From Vermamoeba vermiformis (Eukaryota): a DNA stretch of 64,000 nucleotides. A model generated the notes under the pieces. That model saw only the letters and a program-made list of their open reading frames with translations. It made no database searches and was not told the origin of the DNA. A program made the translations under genes and the position numbers. The stretch lies in assembly GCA_045837725.1 (NCBI GenBank), contig JBEWZL010000073.1, positions 62,001 to 126,000 on the forward strand, written 5' to 3'. Below are positions 11,135 through 24,659 of this stretch, one piece after another. Positions within the stretch are counted from its first letter, which is position 1; every line of letters starts with the position of its first letter.

Positions 11135-13644
11135 TTAAATAAGCTGCAATCGCTTGAATTTGGGTCTGTGCGGCTTGAATTCAGCGCCCAATCGTTGCTT
11201 GCGATCTTCTTCGTAGGAAGTGAAATTTCCGTCGAAGAACACTACGCGCGAGTCATCTTCAAAGGCAATAATGTGCGTGGCGAGGCGATCGAGGAAATAT
11301 CTGTCGTGCGAGATGACGAGTACGCAGCCTGGGAACGATTGCAAAGACTCTTCGAGATTGCGCATCACTTCCACATCCAGATCGTTGGTCGGTTCGTCAA
11401 GCAACAAGACATTAGCACCGCTCTTCAACATCTAGCGAGTGACAGGTGTCAAAGTGAGATTCGCACGGGATAATTGACTGAAAAGTCTTACCTTTGCAAT
11501 GTGCACGCGATTGCGCTCACCGCCAGAGAGGTATTTGCACTTCTTCTCTTGCGTCGTGCCGCGGAAGTTAAACTGTGACAGGTGTCAAATCGAGTTCAGG
11601 CCGCGGATGTCACGTGATGTACTTACACTGGCAATGTATGTGCGCACATTGACCTCGCTGGCACCGTACTGAAAGTAGTCCTGGCCCTCGCTGATGGCCT
11701 CGTACACGGACTGCTCGGGGTTCAGCGGCCGCGACTGCGACACGTAGCCGAGCTTCACGGTTTGACCAAGTTTGACCGCGCCTTTGTCGGGCTGTTCTTC
11801 GCCAGTCAGAATGCGGAACAATGTGCTCTTGCCCGTGCCGTTCGGGCCAATAATTCCCACGACTGCACCGGGTGGGATGGCAAATGACAGGTCCTCAAAC
11901 AAGACACGCTCACCGTAGCTCTTGCTCAGACTACGTGCTTCAATCACCACGTCACCCAAGCGCGGACCTGGCGGAATAACTATTTGTCCGACTTCGTAGC
12001 GCTGTCCCTTCGATTCATTCAACATTTGTTCGTAACGGTTCAAGCGAGCCTATATGATGCACGTAAGATACTGACCGATATTATATCGTATTAATTGCAG
12101 CGAAGGACTTACCCTTGATTTGGCTTGTCGTGCTCGCGGTGATTGCGCGATCCATTCACGTTCTTCAGCAAGTCGTTTGACGCGTTGTACCTCGCGGTTC
12201 TTCTCTTGTTCGAGTCGCTCTTGTTTGTTTTCTAACCATGCACTATAATTTCCTTGAAAAGGCAATGCGCGACCTCGATCGATTTCGAGAATCCAGCCTG
12301 CAACAGATTCGAGGAAGTAACGGTCGTGCGTGACAGCAAGCACGGTGCCTTTGTATTCACTTAAATAGCGCTCTAACCAAGCTACTGAATCGGCGTCAAG
12401 ATGATTGGTCGGTTCATCGAGCAAGAGCAGATCTGGATTCGAGATCAACAAGCGACACAGCGCCACACGACGTCGTTCACCCTGCAGTAGGTTAATACAG
12501 CATGCCATGCAGAGTCGATGCGCTACATACCCCGGAGAGGCCAGTGACGGGCAGGTCTCCATTCGGACAATTGAGCGCATCCATCGCGACTTCAATTCTC
12601 CGCTCCAAATCCAACAAATTGCCCTCTTCGACCTGCTTCTTCAGCTTTTGATACTGGTGCCGCAGCTTAGGCTCCAATTCGTGCTCAGCGCGGCCCTGCA
12701 CAGCACTCTCCATCTTGCGCCAGTCCTCCAAGAGCTGCTTCTTCTCCTTGACGCCCTCCAACACGTTGTCGCGCACACTGAGCTCCTCGTCCAGATCGGG
12801 CTCTTGTTGCAAGAAACCAATCTTGTAGTTGCCGAGGGTCTTGGCCTCACCGTCGTAGTCGTGGTCCTCGCCCGCAATGATGCGCAGTAGGGTGGACTTG
12901 CCTGTTCAGTGAACGGTGAGATACAGCGAGATACAGCGCGGTCACAGCACGTACCTGCACCATTCATGCCCAGCACTCCAATCTTCGCGCTGCAGCACTG
13001 GTCAGTCACGTGCTCAAACGCGTGTCTATATATGGTAGTACTTGCCCTAAATAGAACTGCAAATTGAGGTCTTCGAGAATAGGTCTGCCGTCATCGAGGT
13101 GCTTCGACACACCGCGCAATGAATACACGAATTTTCCTGGAATTCCAAGACCCTTGTTGGAGAGGTTCTTCCGCTTGTCTATATCGGGGATAATGTTATT
13201 GTGGTGGTTGAGATCTGGATCTGAACGTACCATTGGATAGGACATTAAGCCCTTGTTTGACTCCAATCGCTGCGTCTTTCTTTTTCTCTGAATAAATGGT
13301 TCAGTGAATAATTCAATTATTGGACAGAATTATCGTAATTGTTGGATGCAGACACGGTGAATTCACGCCACGTTGATTATGCTAATAATAATTCATATGG
13401 CCATAAATACCTTTGGCGTAGTGTCGTACTAATAGTTGCGCTGTTTTGTTCGGCTGCAGCTGAGATCTGGATGTCAAAATTATTTAGTACCGCTACTTTT
13501 GTAACGGGGCTAATTGCAATTAAGAAATGCATAGTACTTAAATTACCTCGTATTAACTGCAGCTACTCGACTCAAATTTGAAACAGATCCAACTCGTGAT
13601 CCGGAGTTAACGACACGAATGAACGAGCGCGCAAATGACAACAT
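11135..13644 (-). CDS. ettA: Energy-dependent translational throttle protein A (EttA/YjjK, ABC-F ATPase) with an N-terminal mitochondrial presequence; multi-exon
   Basis: [102 protein letters not shown] and C-terminal [10 protein letters not shown]...PHRPKFKRL all match EttA. Spliced N-terminus is [27 protein letters not shown]...LLVRHYAK. Confidence 0.93.
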
Positions 13645-13844
13645 CGGTGCTCGCCACGAATAAATACGCTTCTGTATTGTCTGGTCTAACGCGTGTTCAG
13701 TGCGTGCAACAGATCTGAACAAATAAAGCTCAAAATTTCACCGGTGAATTATTTCAGTGCGATTTTGTGCGCGAGACAATAACTGACACGCAAGTGCCGC
13801 TGTAGTGCTTGTAATATAGTCATATATGTATATCTAGCCTGCTC

Positions 13845-16800
13845 ATGTCCTCGCTACGTGTGCGCAATCTCATTAAACGCTTCTCTGTGAATGAGACCGA
13901 ATCTAAGTTCAAATCTGAAGCGGAGAATCAGCCGAACAATACCAACAACAACACGCGCACCTCGAATAGTAATTCGAATAATAACAGCGCTATGGAGGCA
14001 TCGGACAGCGACTCGGATGTAACGGATCTGGAGCGAAAAATCGAATTATTAGCGCAAGAGAAGAACCAGGCGCGCATAGCAGTCACAACAGCGAATAATA
14101 ACAACAATAACAACAATAACAATATGACTAGTCGTAAGTATTTAATTAGAATCAGTCTGCGTTACACTGCGCGCAGATTTATTAATTATTGCGAGAATTC
14201 TACTTGGTGTTCTATCTCACCACTAGGTGCTCTAAATATGGTCATATTATACTTATTTGACCGAGTGTCAGCACTATTTATCTCGCGCCTTATAATTCTG
14301 AACAATTTTAAACTTTAATTTATCGTTAATGATCAATACTGGCCTATTAAAATACGGAGCTTAATGTCCTATATGCAACAGGTGCGCATCAGCCAGCTCA
14401 TGTCACGCCACTCGTGGAAGAGGGTGTGGATGTGGAGAGCTCGTCCGAAGAGACTAAAAATAGCGCAGCACCGCACGTGACTGATGTGCGTTCAGTGAAC
14501 GACACGTCAAATTATTTGACACCGAGTGAAGTGCGCGGTGACAACAATGATTGCAACAATTTATCAGTCAAACCAGCCCTCACCATAAATGGAAATATGA
14601 ACTATCTGACCTCCACGGAGGTCGGTGACAATGTCTATTACACACCACGTGATTCACAGCCCGAGGATAGCACGGACCATACTTCCAAATTAGGCAATAC
14701 AAACTATCTCACACCGCACGAGATCGAGGAGACACGCCAGAGCAGAAGATATTACCATAAATGGCAATCAGGGCGCCAGCACGAACTATCTGATGCCCGA
14801 TGAGATACAGCCGTCCAAAAATGGCAATGTTTATCACACCAGCACGAATTATCTGCTGCCTGGTGAAGTGTCACGTGACTCAGACAGTGAGAGCGAGGAT
14901 TTGACACCTGTCACACGTCAAAATGTCAATTACCTCACCAAGGACGAGGTCGATGAGCTCGAAGGTGACAGCGATCCAAAATTGGAAATTAAAATTGACC
15001 GTGCACCGAGCAACATGCCCAATAATGGCAATGCTGCGTCACGTGCCAGCACGACCATTGACCCGAACAATCGGCGCAGTGTGTTGTATCTCCAGCCCTC
15101 GGAGATTCAATTCTCCGACGACGATGACGACGAGCACGTGTTCGGTGCTGCAACACTGCACGTGCCAAAATTAGCACTGCCGACCGGCACTCAGCCTACA
15201 CCTGCCAAAAAAGGCAATGCCGGCTATTTTGAGAGTGCGCCGAGTCGCGGGTCCCTGCAGAGCGCGACATCGAGTGCGACACTGCCAGCGGTGACACCAC
15301 GCGTGACAGCACGTGGTCCGAACTACACTGGTCCGAGCACGCTGAGTTCACTGAATTCGGCACGTGACGAGCTCGAGGACAGCTTCAGCGACGACGAGAC
15401 TGACACGTGGAGCGACAAGGGCAGTGGCGCGCAGGTGAGTGGCAGTGTGCCAGCAGCGAGTGTGGTGCCGAGTGACAGCAGCGACATGTACTGGAACAGC
15501 GAGTACCAGCACGTGCTCGCGATGAGTGAGGGCGTCGAGAAGTATCAGCGGCTCAGTCGACTCGCACAGGACTTTGTGTACGCGGCACAGGTAAGTCACG
15601 TGCTTGTATGTGGTGCGGATCACTGATTGACACGTGTCACACGCAGACCTACGGCAAGATCATCATCACGGAGCGCTACTTGCCCACGCACCGCAAGACC
15701 ATCAAGAACGTGCAGTCGATGGGCGGTGTGGCTGGCGGTACGTGATAATTGCCTAATATAGCAAGTGCGCTGACTGACACGTGCCAGGTGACAAGTACAA
15801 AGTGCAGGGCATTCTGTTCAAGTTCGCGGTGGACACCAATCTCAAAGACAAGGGCTACGTCTCCTTCGACTACTGGATGTACGGCGGATATCGCCAGTCG
15901 GACCGGTACGCGGCCAAAGCTGCCGGTCACGAGCTCAGTAAGCTATTTTTAGCGCAATATGATCGTCACAGCCATTTGTGGTTGTATCTCGCGGTAGTGA
16001 CTCACCAATTCATGAACAGAGGGCCTGATCAGCTACTACAATGCCACTGTGCCAGGGCTGCACTATCCGCTGATGGCACTCATTGACTACCGGTACGGTC
16101 TATTTCCTTATTAGGCAATGTGTCACTCACAAACCTCCACAGTGGCTTCCGTTTGATTGCCATGTCCCTCGTGCCAGTCACTTCCCAGACTCTCAAATAT
16201 GGCAGTGCTGATGCTGGGAAAACAATCCACACGGACATTCCCGAACTGAATCTAAAAATGGAAACGGTGGCACAACGCCTCAATCTCAAGAAACACCGCG
16301 CCGGGGACAAAGAGATTGCGGGCCCGAGTGACATTGAGGGACATTGTTCCGCCGACAACAAGTTCTACGTGCTAGACTTTGCCAGAGTTTTTCCGCCCGA
16401 GGCACCGCTCAAACCGTATGATTCCTAAAATGGTAAATGCGTGAACTAACGTCCCTATTTTTAGCCTTCGTCGCGGTGATCGACGCGTGTACTATCAGCT
16501 GCTGCGCGCGGAATTAGTGCGGAAAAACCCAGTGGCACTGAACAGCGACGTGTTCACCAACTTCAACACGCACAATCAGGAACAGGACGAGCGCGAGGTC
16601 GAAGAGGCCACGCTGCACTTGTTCAACCGCGTGATTCCAGGTCTGTCACGTGATGCTGTCGTGTTTCACTGAATCAACTAACGGCCTTTGTCATTGCTCA
16701 GATTTTGCAGCCAAAATAGGCAAAATGTCCAAAGTACAACTGCAAAAGACGTCCATCATTGAAGAGATGCATCGCGAGGGTGTAAGGAGCTAAATATAGA

Positions 16801-19800
16801 CCGCAGTGGTCAGCGTCACTCACTTGCCTAATTTAGATAAATATCCGACACTTGGGACGAGTCCGCGCCCTGATCGATCTCAAGGCCTCAGGACCGCGCA
16901 CCGTGCTGCTGATCGAGGTGAGCTATTTTTAGCTGCGGACGTGCCTCCGATGCTGATCTTTGCATTTGCAGATGATAGCGCGCGTGGCCAAGAACAAGTG
17001 GCGGCGCATGATGCGGCACAAGATGAAGTTGCTGCAGTTGCCGAGCGAGGATCCGTACCGTCAACTGACCGCGCAGTACTTGAATCTATTATTAGGCCGC
17101 GATGAACTGCGCTCTGAACGGCTCTGGAAAGTTGAGCTCAAGCGGCAGATCGTGGTGAAATTTCCCGAGGCCCTGGGCGAGTACCGCGCGAGCAGCGGCG
17201 AGATTAAGCGCGAGATGGACGAGGACTACGATCTGAAACGCGATTGGTCGAGCGAGGACCTCGTGCACCTGCTGACACGTGTGCAAGAACTGTGCGGCGT
17301 GGCACTGTCCAAGCAAGCGAGCGAAGAATTGCAACAATTTCCGCGCAGTATCTCGCTGCTGACGAGTGACATCGAGACCATTCAGCCACGTGTCAAGCAC
17401 TTGAATGTGGTCGAAGAGGCGCAGGCCAAGCTGCTCGCCTTTCAGTTTCAGCGCGCCACGGGTGCACAGGCCACGCGACTCTGGGCCCTGGTCAATGCTA
17501 AATTTAGACTCGCGGTGGCATCCTCGACCAACAGCGCGGAGACGATCTATTTGTGGGCACGCGTGCTGTTCGATCAGGCGCGGCGTGTTTCAGTGAACAG
17601 CGAGCACCTGCTGATCGAGTCACGTGACAAGTTGAAGTCGTGCGTGGAACTCATGTCCGACAAGCACGTGGCCTGGTTCACACTCGGGCACGTGATCATG
17701 GAGCTCAGCATGCGCCAGCACCACTCGTTTCATGAACAGGTGCAGCTCTATCACGAGGCTGCGGTGGCATTTCGCCGCGCCATTCAATTGGACAGCAGTC
17801 ACGTGGACGAATTGTTGCAGTTGTGCACGGAGAATTGTCGCCAGATCACGCAGATCACGTGCTCAGCGCGCGGTGCGAGTTCAGTGGCCCTGGAAGAGCT
17901 GTTCAAGTGCTCCTATCAGCTGTTCAAACTCGTGCTCGAACATCGGTTCAGTGAACGGATCTACATTCAGCTCGGAAATCTCCTGCTCGACTGGGCGCAG
18001 ACCAAGTCCGCAGCAGCAGCCGACGAGCACTACATCCGCGCTGCCATCATGTACGAGGCTGCACTGCGCTGCTCACCGCTGCTCATCGACCAGGGCACGC
18101 GCTATCTCATTCGATCTCGCGACCAGATTGACGATCACGTGACTATCAAACAGATCGCTCCCAACGAGCTCGGACTCAGCAAGCCAAATATAGCCTCACG
18201 CCTCACCACGCCACGTGTCGAGAGCGGAACAACTCCGCAGCAGGGTCGATCGCGCGAGAACACCATTTCTGGCGGTGAACGACCAAATTTGGCAATGTCG
18301 GAAGGCATCAAACCGCTCAATTTGAGTCGCGTGGTGCCACCAGACAGCGGAAAAACACTCAAAGCGAGCAAAAATCGGCCCACCATTCCGCTGTCGCAAT
18401 TAACGCAAAGTCAAGTGGCGGAGAAATCTCAGAGCTCGGAGGAGGACGCGAAGCACGTGATCGAACACGACAAAGTGGTGGAAATATTTGCAAAGATTGA
18501 TGGCGTGTGGACGGTGAGTGCGCGCTACGAACTCCCAAAAAGGAAATCGGACAGCTGGCTGTGGTTCAATCTGCTGTCAACTTCGAGTGACACGCTGGCA
18601 CTGGACAGCTGTCGCAACATGTTCATGAACGACGACACGTGCACGGTGATTCGACGCGATCGCGTGGTGAATTTGTGCGCCGCGTACGAGGGCACGCAAT
18701 TCGTGTTGACACGTGTCACTCTGAAGATCCCCTGCGATGCTGTCAACAAGCGCGGAAGAATTCTCGTGTTTGCGCTGGACAAATTGCCAAAAATAGACGA
18801 GTACGAGCTGTTCAACGACCACACCGCGGAGAGCTGGAAAAAGTTCAAAGTGCACGTGACGAACAAGCGCAAAGCGGAGCTGATTGGCGAGGGCAACGAA
18901 CCTGTCACGTGGATTGATTTGCGACACGAGGGCTTGACTAAAAATGGAAATTTCTATCTCGTTAAGAAGAACATCGCTTCTAAAAGAGGAAAATACTTGC
19001 TCATCAAGGTAAGTCATTGCAGTAATTTTTGTCGATAAAGAACTCACAGTACCTTGCCAAATTTAGATAATTAATCCGCCCACCCCGCACGACATCAACA
19101 GTGCCGCGGAGGTGCCCGAAGATATTCCGCTGACCTTGCGCTACATGGGCTTCAAAGGCTATCAAACACTGACACCGCTGAATGACACGCAACACGTCAA
19201 CATGTCAATCACTGACCTCGATCGCGCGCAAGGATTGCAACTGTTCGATCACGTGCTCGAAGACCAAGGCGCGCGATTGGCCAGTGTGCTGCGGACCATC
19301 AAGTGCAGTCCGCTGCTGGCATCGCTATTTATAGTGCTCACGCGCCACAAGACCAAATTAGGCAATGCCATGTTTGGCGCGCATCAGAGCTCGTTCTGCA
19401 CCGTGTTCTATCAGCCCTCGCGCGTGGTGCTGCCACGAGTTATTCCGCTGCACGCGACGAACACGAGCAACGACACGAACAACACGTCGCTGGATCTATT
19501 TTTAGCCGATTGTCCCGCGCAGGTCAATCTTCCGCTGGCCAAGAAGTTGTGTCAGTTGTTCCCGAATGCAATCCGATCTCTCGATCTCGCGGGGGCAGAT
19601 CACTTGACCGATGAGGCTATTTATGTCTTTGCCAACAGCTGTCAACGACTGGCGCACGTCAATCTGTCAAAATGTCCGAAAATCTCCGAGCAATCTGTCG
19701 AGTACTTGCTGGAGACCAAACCAGGGCTCAAGTCGCTATTATTGGACTCGTGCACGCAGTTCACTGACACTTTGGTGGCATCGATTGCCAAATTTGGTAT

Positions 19801-21077
19801 GGCGCTGGAACACTTGGCGCTGTGGCACACTGTGAGCGACAAGTCTTTGCAACAATTGTCGAAGTGTCTCAATTTGAAGCACCTGCAACTGATCAACAAT
19901 CACGTGATCAGCGACAAGGCCCTGGCAAAATTGTTGAAGCGGTTGGACTTGGTGTCACTGAACATTGACGGGTGTCATTCAGTGAACAGCAACAAGACCT
20001 TCGCTGCGACGATTGGACCACTCACGTGCGAGGCATTGACTGGTCACGTGCACTTGACGGCACTCTCAATCAGGGCAGTGGTTGGCATCACGGATGACAC
20101 TTTGACACCTGTCATCGAGGCGTGTCCGTCGCTCGTGGTGCTCATGGCCGATGATTGTCCAAATATAGGCAAACAGACCGTGCACGCGTTCGGTGACACT
20201 TTGACACCTGTCAAAGCGCTGTCTCTGCGCCGCACCACTGGCTGGAGTGACGTGGATGACACGGCCCTGACAAAGCTATTTTTAGCTTTCGACAAACCGC
20301 GCGCTGATTGGTCGGAGATTGCCACCAAGAAAAATGAGCGCAAAGGTCGCGCTGCCACCATCGCACGCAGTTCACTGAAAAAGAAGAACAGACCTGCGCT
20401 AAAAATAGCCGCTAGTCCCGGCAGTGCCGTTCAGTTCGCATCTGGCGCACCAAATATGGAAATCCTCGATTTGTACCGCTGCAACAAGCTGACCGATGCC
20501 TCGATCTCGAAGATAGCTGCGCATGACCAAATATGGCAATCACTGCGCGTGTTGGACTTGAGCTACTGCGCGCAGATCACTGACCAGGGCCTCATGCAGC
20601 TGTCAAAGTGCAGTCTGCTCGAAGATCTGCGGTAAGTCTTTGCAACTATTTTTGTCCCACCAAAACCAGTCACTGAACCGTGCTATTTTTAGTCTCGAAG
20701 GCTGCACCTCAGTGAGCTACGTGAGTCTGAACGGCGTGGTCGAGCAGTGCTTGCGTTTGACACGTGTCAATGTGTCAGGCTGCGTGGTGATTGATCGCAC
20801 GGTCACGCTGCTCGCCACCACACATCCTAATTTGGAAGTGCTGCAGCTCAGCGGCTGTCAGGACATTACCGATCAGTCGCTGTCCATATTAGGCAAGTGC
20901 TGTCCGCAGCTGAAAGTGCTGCACATCCGCGGCAATGCGAGTGTGACAGATGTCGCGCTGCTGGCACTAGTCACGTGCTGCACGGCACTGCTGTCACTCG
21001 ACATGGCGGACTGCAAGAACATCAGCGTGCTGCACGACCTCATCAAACTGCTGCCGGGCTGTCACTTTGACACTTGA
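13845..21077 (+). CDS. Large Clu-domain protein with N-terminal NYLTPxEV repeats, TPR-like helices and C-terminal FBXL/AMN1-type leucine-rich repeats; apparent frameshift near 14740
   Basis: Clu motifs LAQDFVYAA, GGVAGGDKY..QGILFKFA, AAGHEL, PLMALIDYRGFRL, LKYGSADAG, DIEGH...FYVLDFARVFPP, EMHREGINIRHLG; repeated LxxLxLxxCxxITD LRRs from about 19560 to 21050. Confidence 0.85.
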
Positions 21078-21251
21078 GCACCCCTCTGTAACGTCCTCAT
21101 GTAACATAAGTCACGTGCGCAACTTGTACATATTTGGAAATAATAACCAGTAAATTTACGAAATTTCACGACTCAACCCACACAGCGCTGAATTTGACTC
21201 AGTCAGTGCAATCACACATTAGTGCTCGCAACCACTACACTTCATCGCCCT

Positions 21252-23316
21252 ATGCGAGCGGTGAGTATCATTCTGCGCCACTCTGCTCGATCTCGATCTG
21301 TTCCGCGTAACAGCTTGTTCAGCCTTAATTACAGCACCAGTGCTCAGAGGACCATGGAAAAGAACAATAACAACACTACGACTAGCAATAATAAGCAGCC
21401 CTTTAAGAGCGCCAGTCTCAATAATTATTTTGATTTTTGCCTTCAAAATGGTCCTGGATTTGCAATTAATTCAAAAAAAATAGAGATTCTGCACGATCCA
21501 CCTACATTCTTCAACCAGCTCAAGGTAAGTACTGCATTGTTAATTTAATGACCTCGCCACCTCACCTCGCTGCCCCCAGGAGCGCATCCAGCGCGCAGAG
21601 AAGCACATCCTGCTCGCCTCGCTGTACATTGGCCACGAACCCAAGCCCGTGGAGCTGGTGCGTGCTCTGTGCCCCCCCCTCAGTCCCGTACTGACCCCTC
21701 TGACAGGTGCAAGCCCTGCACACCGCACTGCGCACTCAGCCCGCGCTGCACGTGACGCTGCTGCTCGACTACCTGCGCGGCACTCGCAACACAGCCCCGC
21801 CCCACTCTGCGCCACTCAGCTCCGTCACGCTGCTGCTGCCACTCGTGCAAGAGTTTCCGGATCGGGTACGTCACATGCGGCTTAGTGATCACGTGCCACT
21901 GACGCGTTCATGAACCAGGTCCGCTGTCACCTGTTCCACACCCCCGCGCTGAATGGCGTGCTCAAGCGACTGTTGCCGCAGCGCTGGAACGAAGTGATTG
22001 GCGTGCAACACGTCAAGTGCTACATTGTCGATCACGTGCTCTGTATCTCGGGGTGCGGAGATTTGTCGCTGCTCGACACCGCGCAGTACTGACCACTCCT
22101 CGCAGGGCCAATCTGTCGGAACAATATTTCACCGCGCGCCAAGACCGCTACATGTGGCTGCACAGCGCGGCACTGAGCACGTTCTACCGTCAACTGATCG
22201 ACACCATTGGACAGTACTCGTATCTGCTCGGCGCGGGGGGACTCGTGCTGGCACCTGGCACCCCTGACCCCGCCACGCAATCCGAGGCCTTCAAGCTGTT
22301 CGGTGAGTGACACCTGTCAAACTGCGATCTGTAACTGACGCGACGCAGCCAATCAGAAAATGAAGCTATTTTTAGACACGTATCGCATCACACGCGCCGA
22401 TCACGCGGAAGAACTCGTGGAAGAGCTCAGTGCCAGCAGTGAAGTGCGGAATAACTCGTCACGTGATCAGCACTACAGCGTGCTGTTCGATCAGGATCAC
22501 AGCGCACATGACACGTGGATATTTCCCACCATTCAGATGGGCGCGCTGACGATCGATCACGACCTCAAAGTGACAGCACGTGTCATTCAGGATGCGCCAC
22601 CACACGCGCGACTTTATTTGACCAGTCCGTACTTCAACTTCACCGACAAATACACGCAATTAATGCTCGAGTCACGTGCTGACATTCAAATCATCGTCGC
22701 ATCGCCTGAGGTACGCTGTTTGACACGTGTCACATGTCACTCACTGCTTGACAGGCGAATGGATTCTGGAAGGGCTCGGGGATGTCGGGATATATTCCGC
22801 ACGCGTACAGCAAAGTATTGCAAGAATTCTTCAACCGCGTCAACCGTCACGGCCAGCAGCACCGCATCGAGCTGTACGAATATTTCCGCAATGCTTGGAC
22901 CTTCCACGCCAAGGGACTGTGGATCAGTCTCCCAGAGGACGTCAGCGAGGAGTCACGTGACAAAGAATCACGTGATGATTTGCCATCACTCACCATGATT
23001 GGCAGTCCCAATTTTGGTAAGTATTGCAAAGTTATTTTTAGGACCTGAGTACTCACTCCACGTGACAGGTGTCAGATCTGTGGTGCGAGATTTCGAGTCT
23101 CAACTGCTGATCATGACGGAGAACCCTGCATTCAAACAAGAGCTCAAACGAGTAAGTCATTGCAATTATTCTTGAACGGCACTCACAGGCATCTAGGAGC
23201 GTGACAATATCTTCAACAACAGCGTGCAAGTCAAGGCTGAAACATTCGATGAAGAGCAACGCCAAGGGGGCTGGTGGGTGCGCTTGTTGATCCCTCTTGC
23301 CAAGAAGTACATGTAA
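21252..23316 (+). CDS. PGS1: CDP-diacylglycerol--glycerol-3-phosphate 3-phosphatidyltransferase, mitochondrial (PLD-type)
   Basis: LASLYIG, LLDYLRGTR, LFHTPAL...RWNEVIGVQHVKCYIVD, ANLSEQYFTARQDRY, LTSPYFNF, NGFW, WTFHAKGLW, TMIGSPNFG; presequence-like N-terminus. Confidence 0.93.
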
Positions 23317-23816
23317 ATATGATATAAAGAGTAGCAATTAATTGATAAACTGGTGTAGAACAACACAGTTACAAGGGACACTTTTCTTTTCAGCTTTGCG
23401 TAAATGTTTTAGTTAGAGAAAGAGCATGGCCAACTCCACCATTGAAATTGCCGGCTCAATGAAGACAGGAAACACTGTTAACAAAAATAATGACAAAGTT
23501 TCCAGCTCATCATGAAAGCATGGATGACTGCAACTTATGATGAGCTTCCAGACTACAAGCAGTAAAACTCTGAACAAGGGGATAGGTTAGGGAATTCTAA
23601 ACCTTGAAAGACTTCTCAAACTTATCAAAAGGAATGTCCCCCAGACTGAACTTTAACCAATTGTGCATTATTTTAATGATTCTTAATCTACTAGTTGTGG
23701 TGCTAGCTTTTCAAAGTTTCAGCGATTGCTGCTACAATGTTCATTTATATATGCAGTGTACATGATTAAGCATACCTTATCCGGATAAGTTTTTACTTTG
23801 CCAGGACCAAAACAAA

Positions 23817-24456
23817 GGCGGACGTCCCGTCCGCCAAAAATTTTTCATCCATCCGTGGACATTGCGTCCGTCCGGGGTCACTGCGTCCGCTGATGTTGGT
23901 AATTGACCAACTTATACCAAACTCGGCCATTAGCATCATTGGACCCAAGAAACACTACTGTTGGCGTCAGGAGGCTTTGGGCTAAACGCCAGAGGCTGAA
24001 AATGGCAATGTTCTGCAAGGAACTTAAGTACTAGAACTTTGTTCTATTGGCTGCAATACCATTGAAACTTTGGAAACTCCTAGACCTATCACTATCTAAC
24101 AAGAAAATATAAGTAATCATCAAAGATATTGTAGTGGCAGCAAATTGTAAATTTTCAGCATTAAGTATGAACCCACCCACCAGCACATGTTTGGCACAAC
24201 ACAATTATACGTATTTTATGCGACCCTGAACTTTGGCAACAATACATTGTCACCTAGCTATGAAATTTTTTTACAATCATCTATACTTTTTTATGTTGTA
24301 ACTTTGTCCAGTATGGTGGCAAACCTTGTTATAATGAAGGGATATGCTTAATCATATACATGGCACATAGAAATCTGGTTAAAATCTTCATACTATACAA
24401 TGTATGGTCGGCGGACCGTGGCGGACGTCCAATTTTTGCCGGACGGGACGTCCGCC
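23817..24456. mobile_element. Candidate MITE-like element (~640 bp) with 26-bp terminal inverted repeats
   Basis: ggcggacgtcccgtccgccaaaaatt (23817-23842) and aatttttgccggacgggacgtccgcc (24431-24456) are reverse complements at 25/26 positions, flanked by AAA on both sides. Confidence 0.6.
23873..24178 (+). repeat. ~300-bp diverged repeat, copy 1 (inverted copy at 27431-27707; partial direct copy at about 27116-27240)
   Basis: Shared blocks taattgaccaacttataccaaa, aggctgaaaatggcaatgttctgcaa, aagtaatcatcaaa and taagtatgaaccca recur reverse-complemented at 27431-27707. Confidence 0.85.
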
Positions 24457-24590
24457 AAAGGCTCAGCCAGCCTGGAGGTTGGCCAGGCCAAGTTGGCCAG
24501 TGTGGCGAGCCAAGCCGAGGGGGATGGCCGGTCCGGCTCGGCTCGGCTATCCGGAGCGTTTCGGCTATCCGGAAGCAGGTAGTGGAAATG

Positions 24591-24659
24591 GGGGTTGGCA
24601 ATCACACAGAAGTCCCAGGTTCAAATCCTGGTAACCCACTTTTTTATTTTTTTTTTTAT
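24591..24659 (+). pseudogene. Truncated tRNA-like sequence (3-prime half resembling tRNA-Val CAC) followed by a T-run
   Basis: tcacac-agaagtc-CCAGG TTCAAAT CCTGG-taaccca then poly-T. T-arm/B-box is well formed and gggttg could pair with taaccc, but no D-arm is present. Confidence 0.5.

Noticed and set aside
11135-13644. EttA or MetRS as bacterial contamination
   Set aside because: Both have multiple spliceosomal introns and the same motif vocabulary as neighbouring genes
13935-14125. AAC/AAT microsatellites (also about 8640 and 21360)
   Set aside because: Ordinary poly-Asn low-complexity coding tracts
24591-24638. Functional tRNA-Val gene
   Set aside because: No D-arm/A-box or 5-prime anticodon stem; kept only as a truncated tRNA-like sequence
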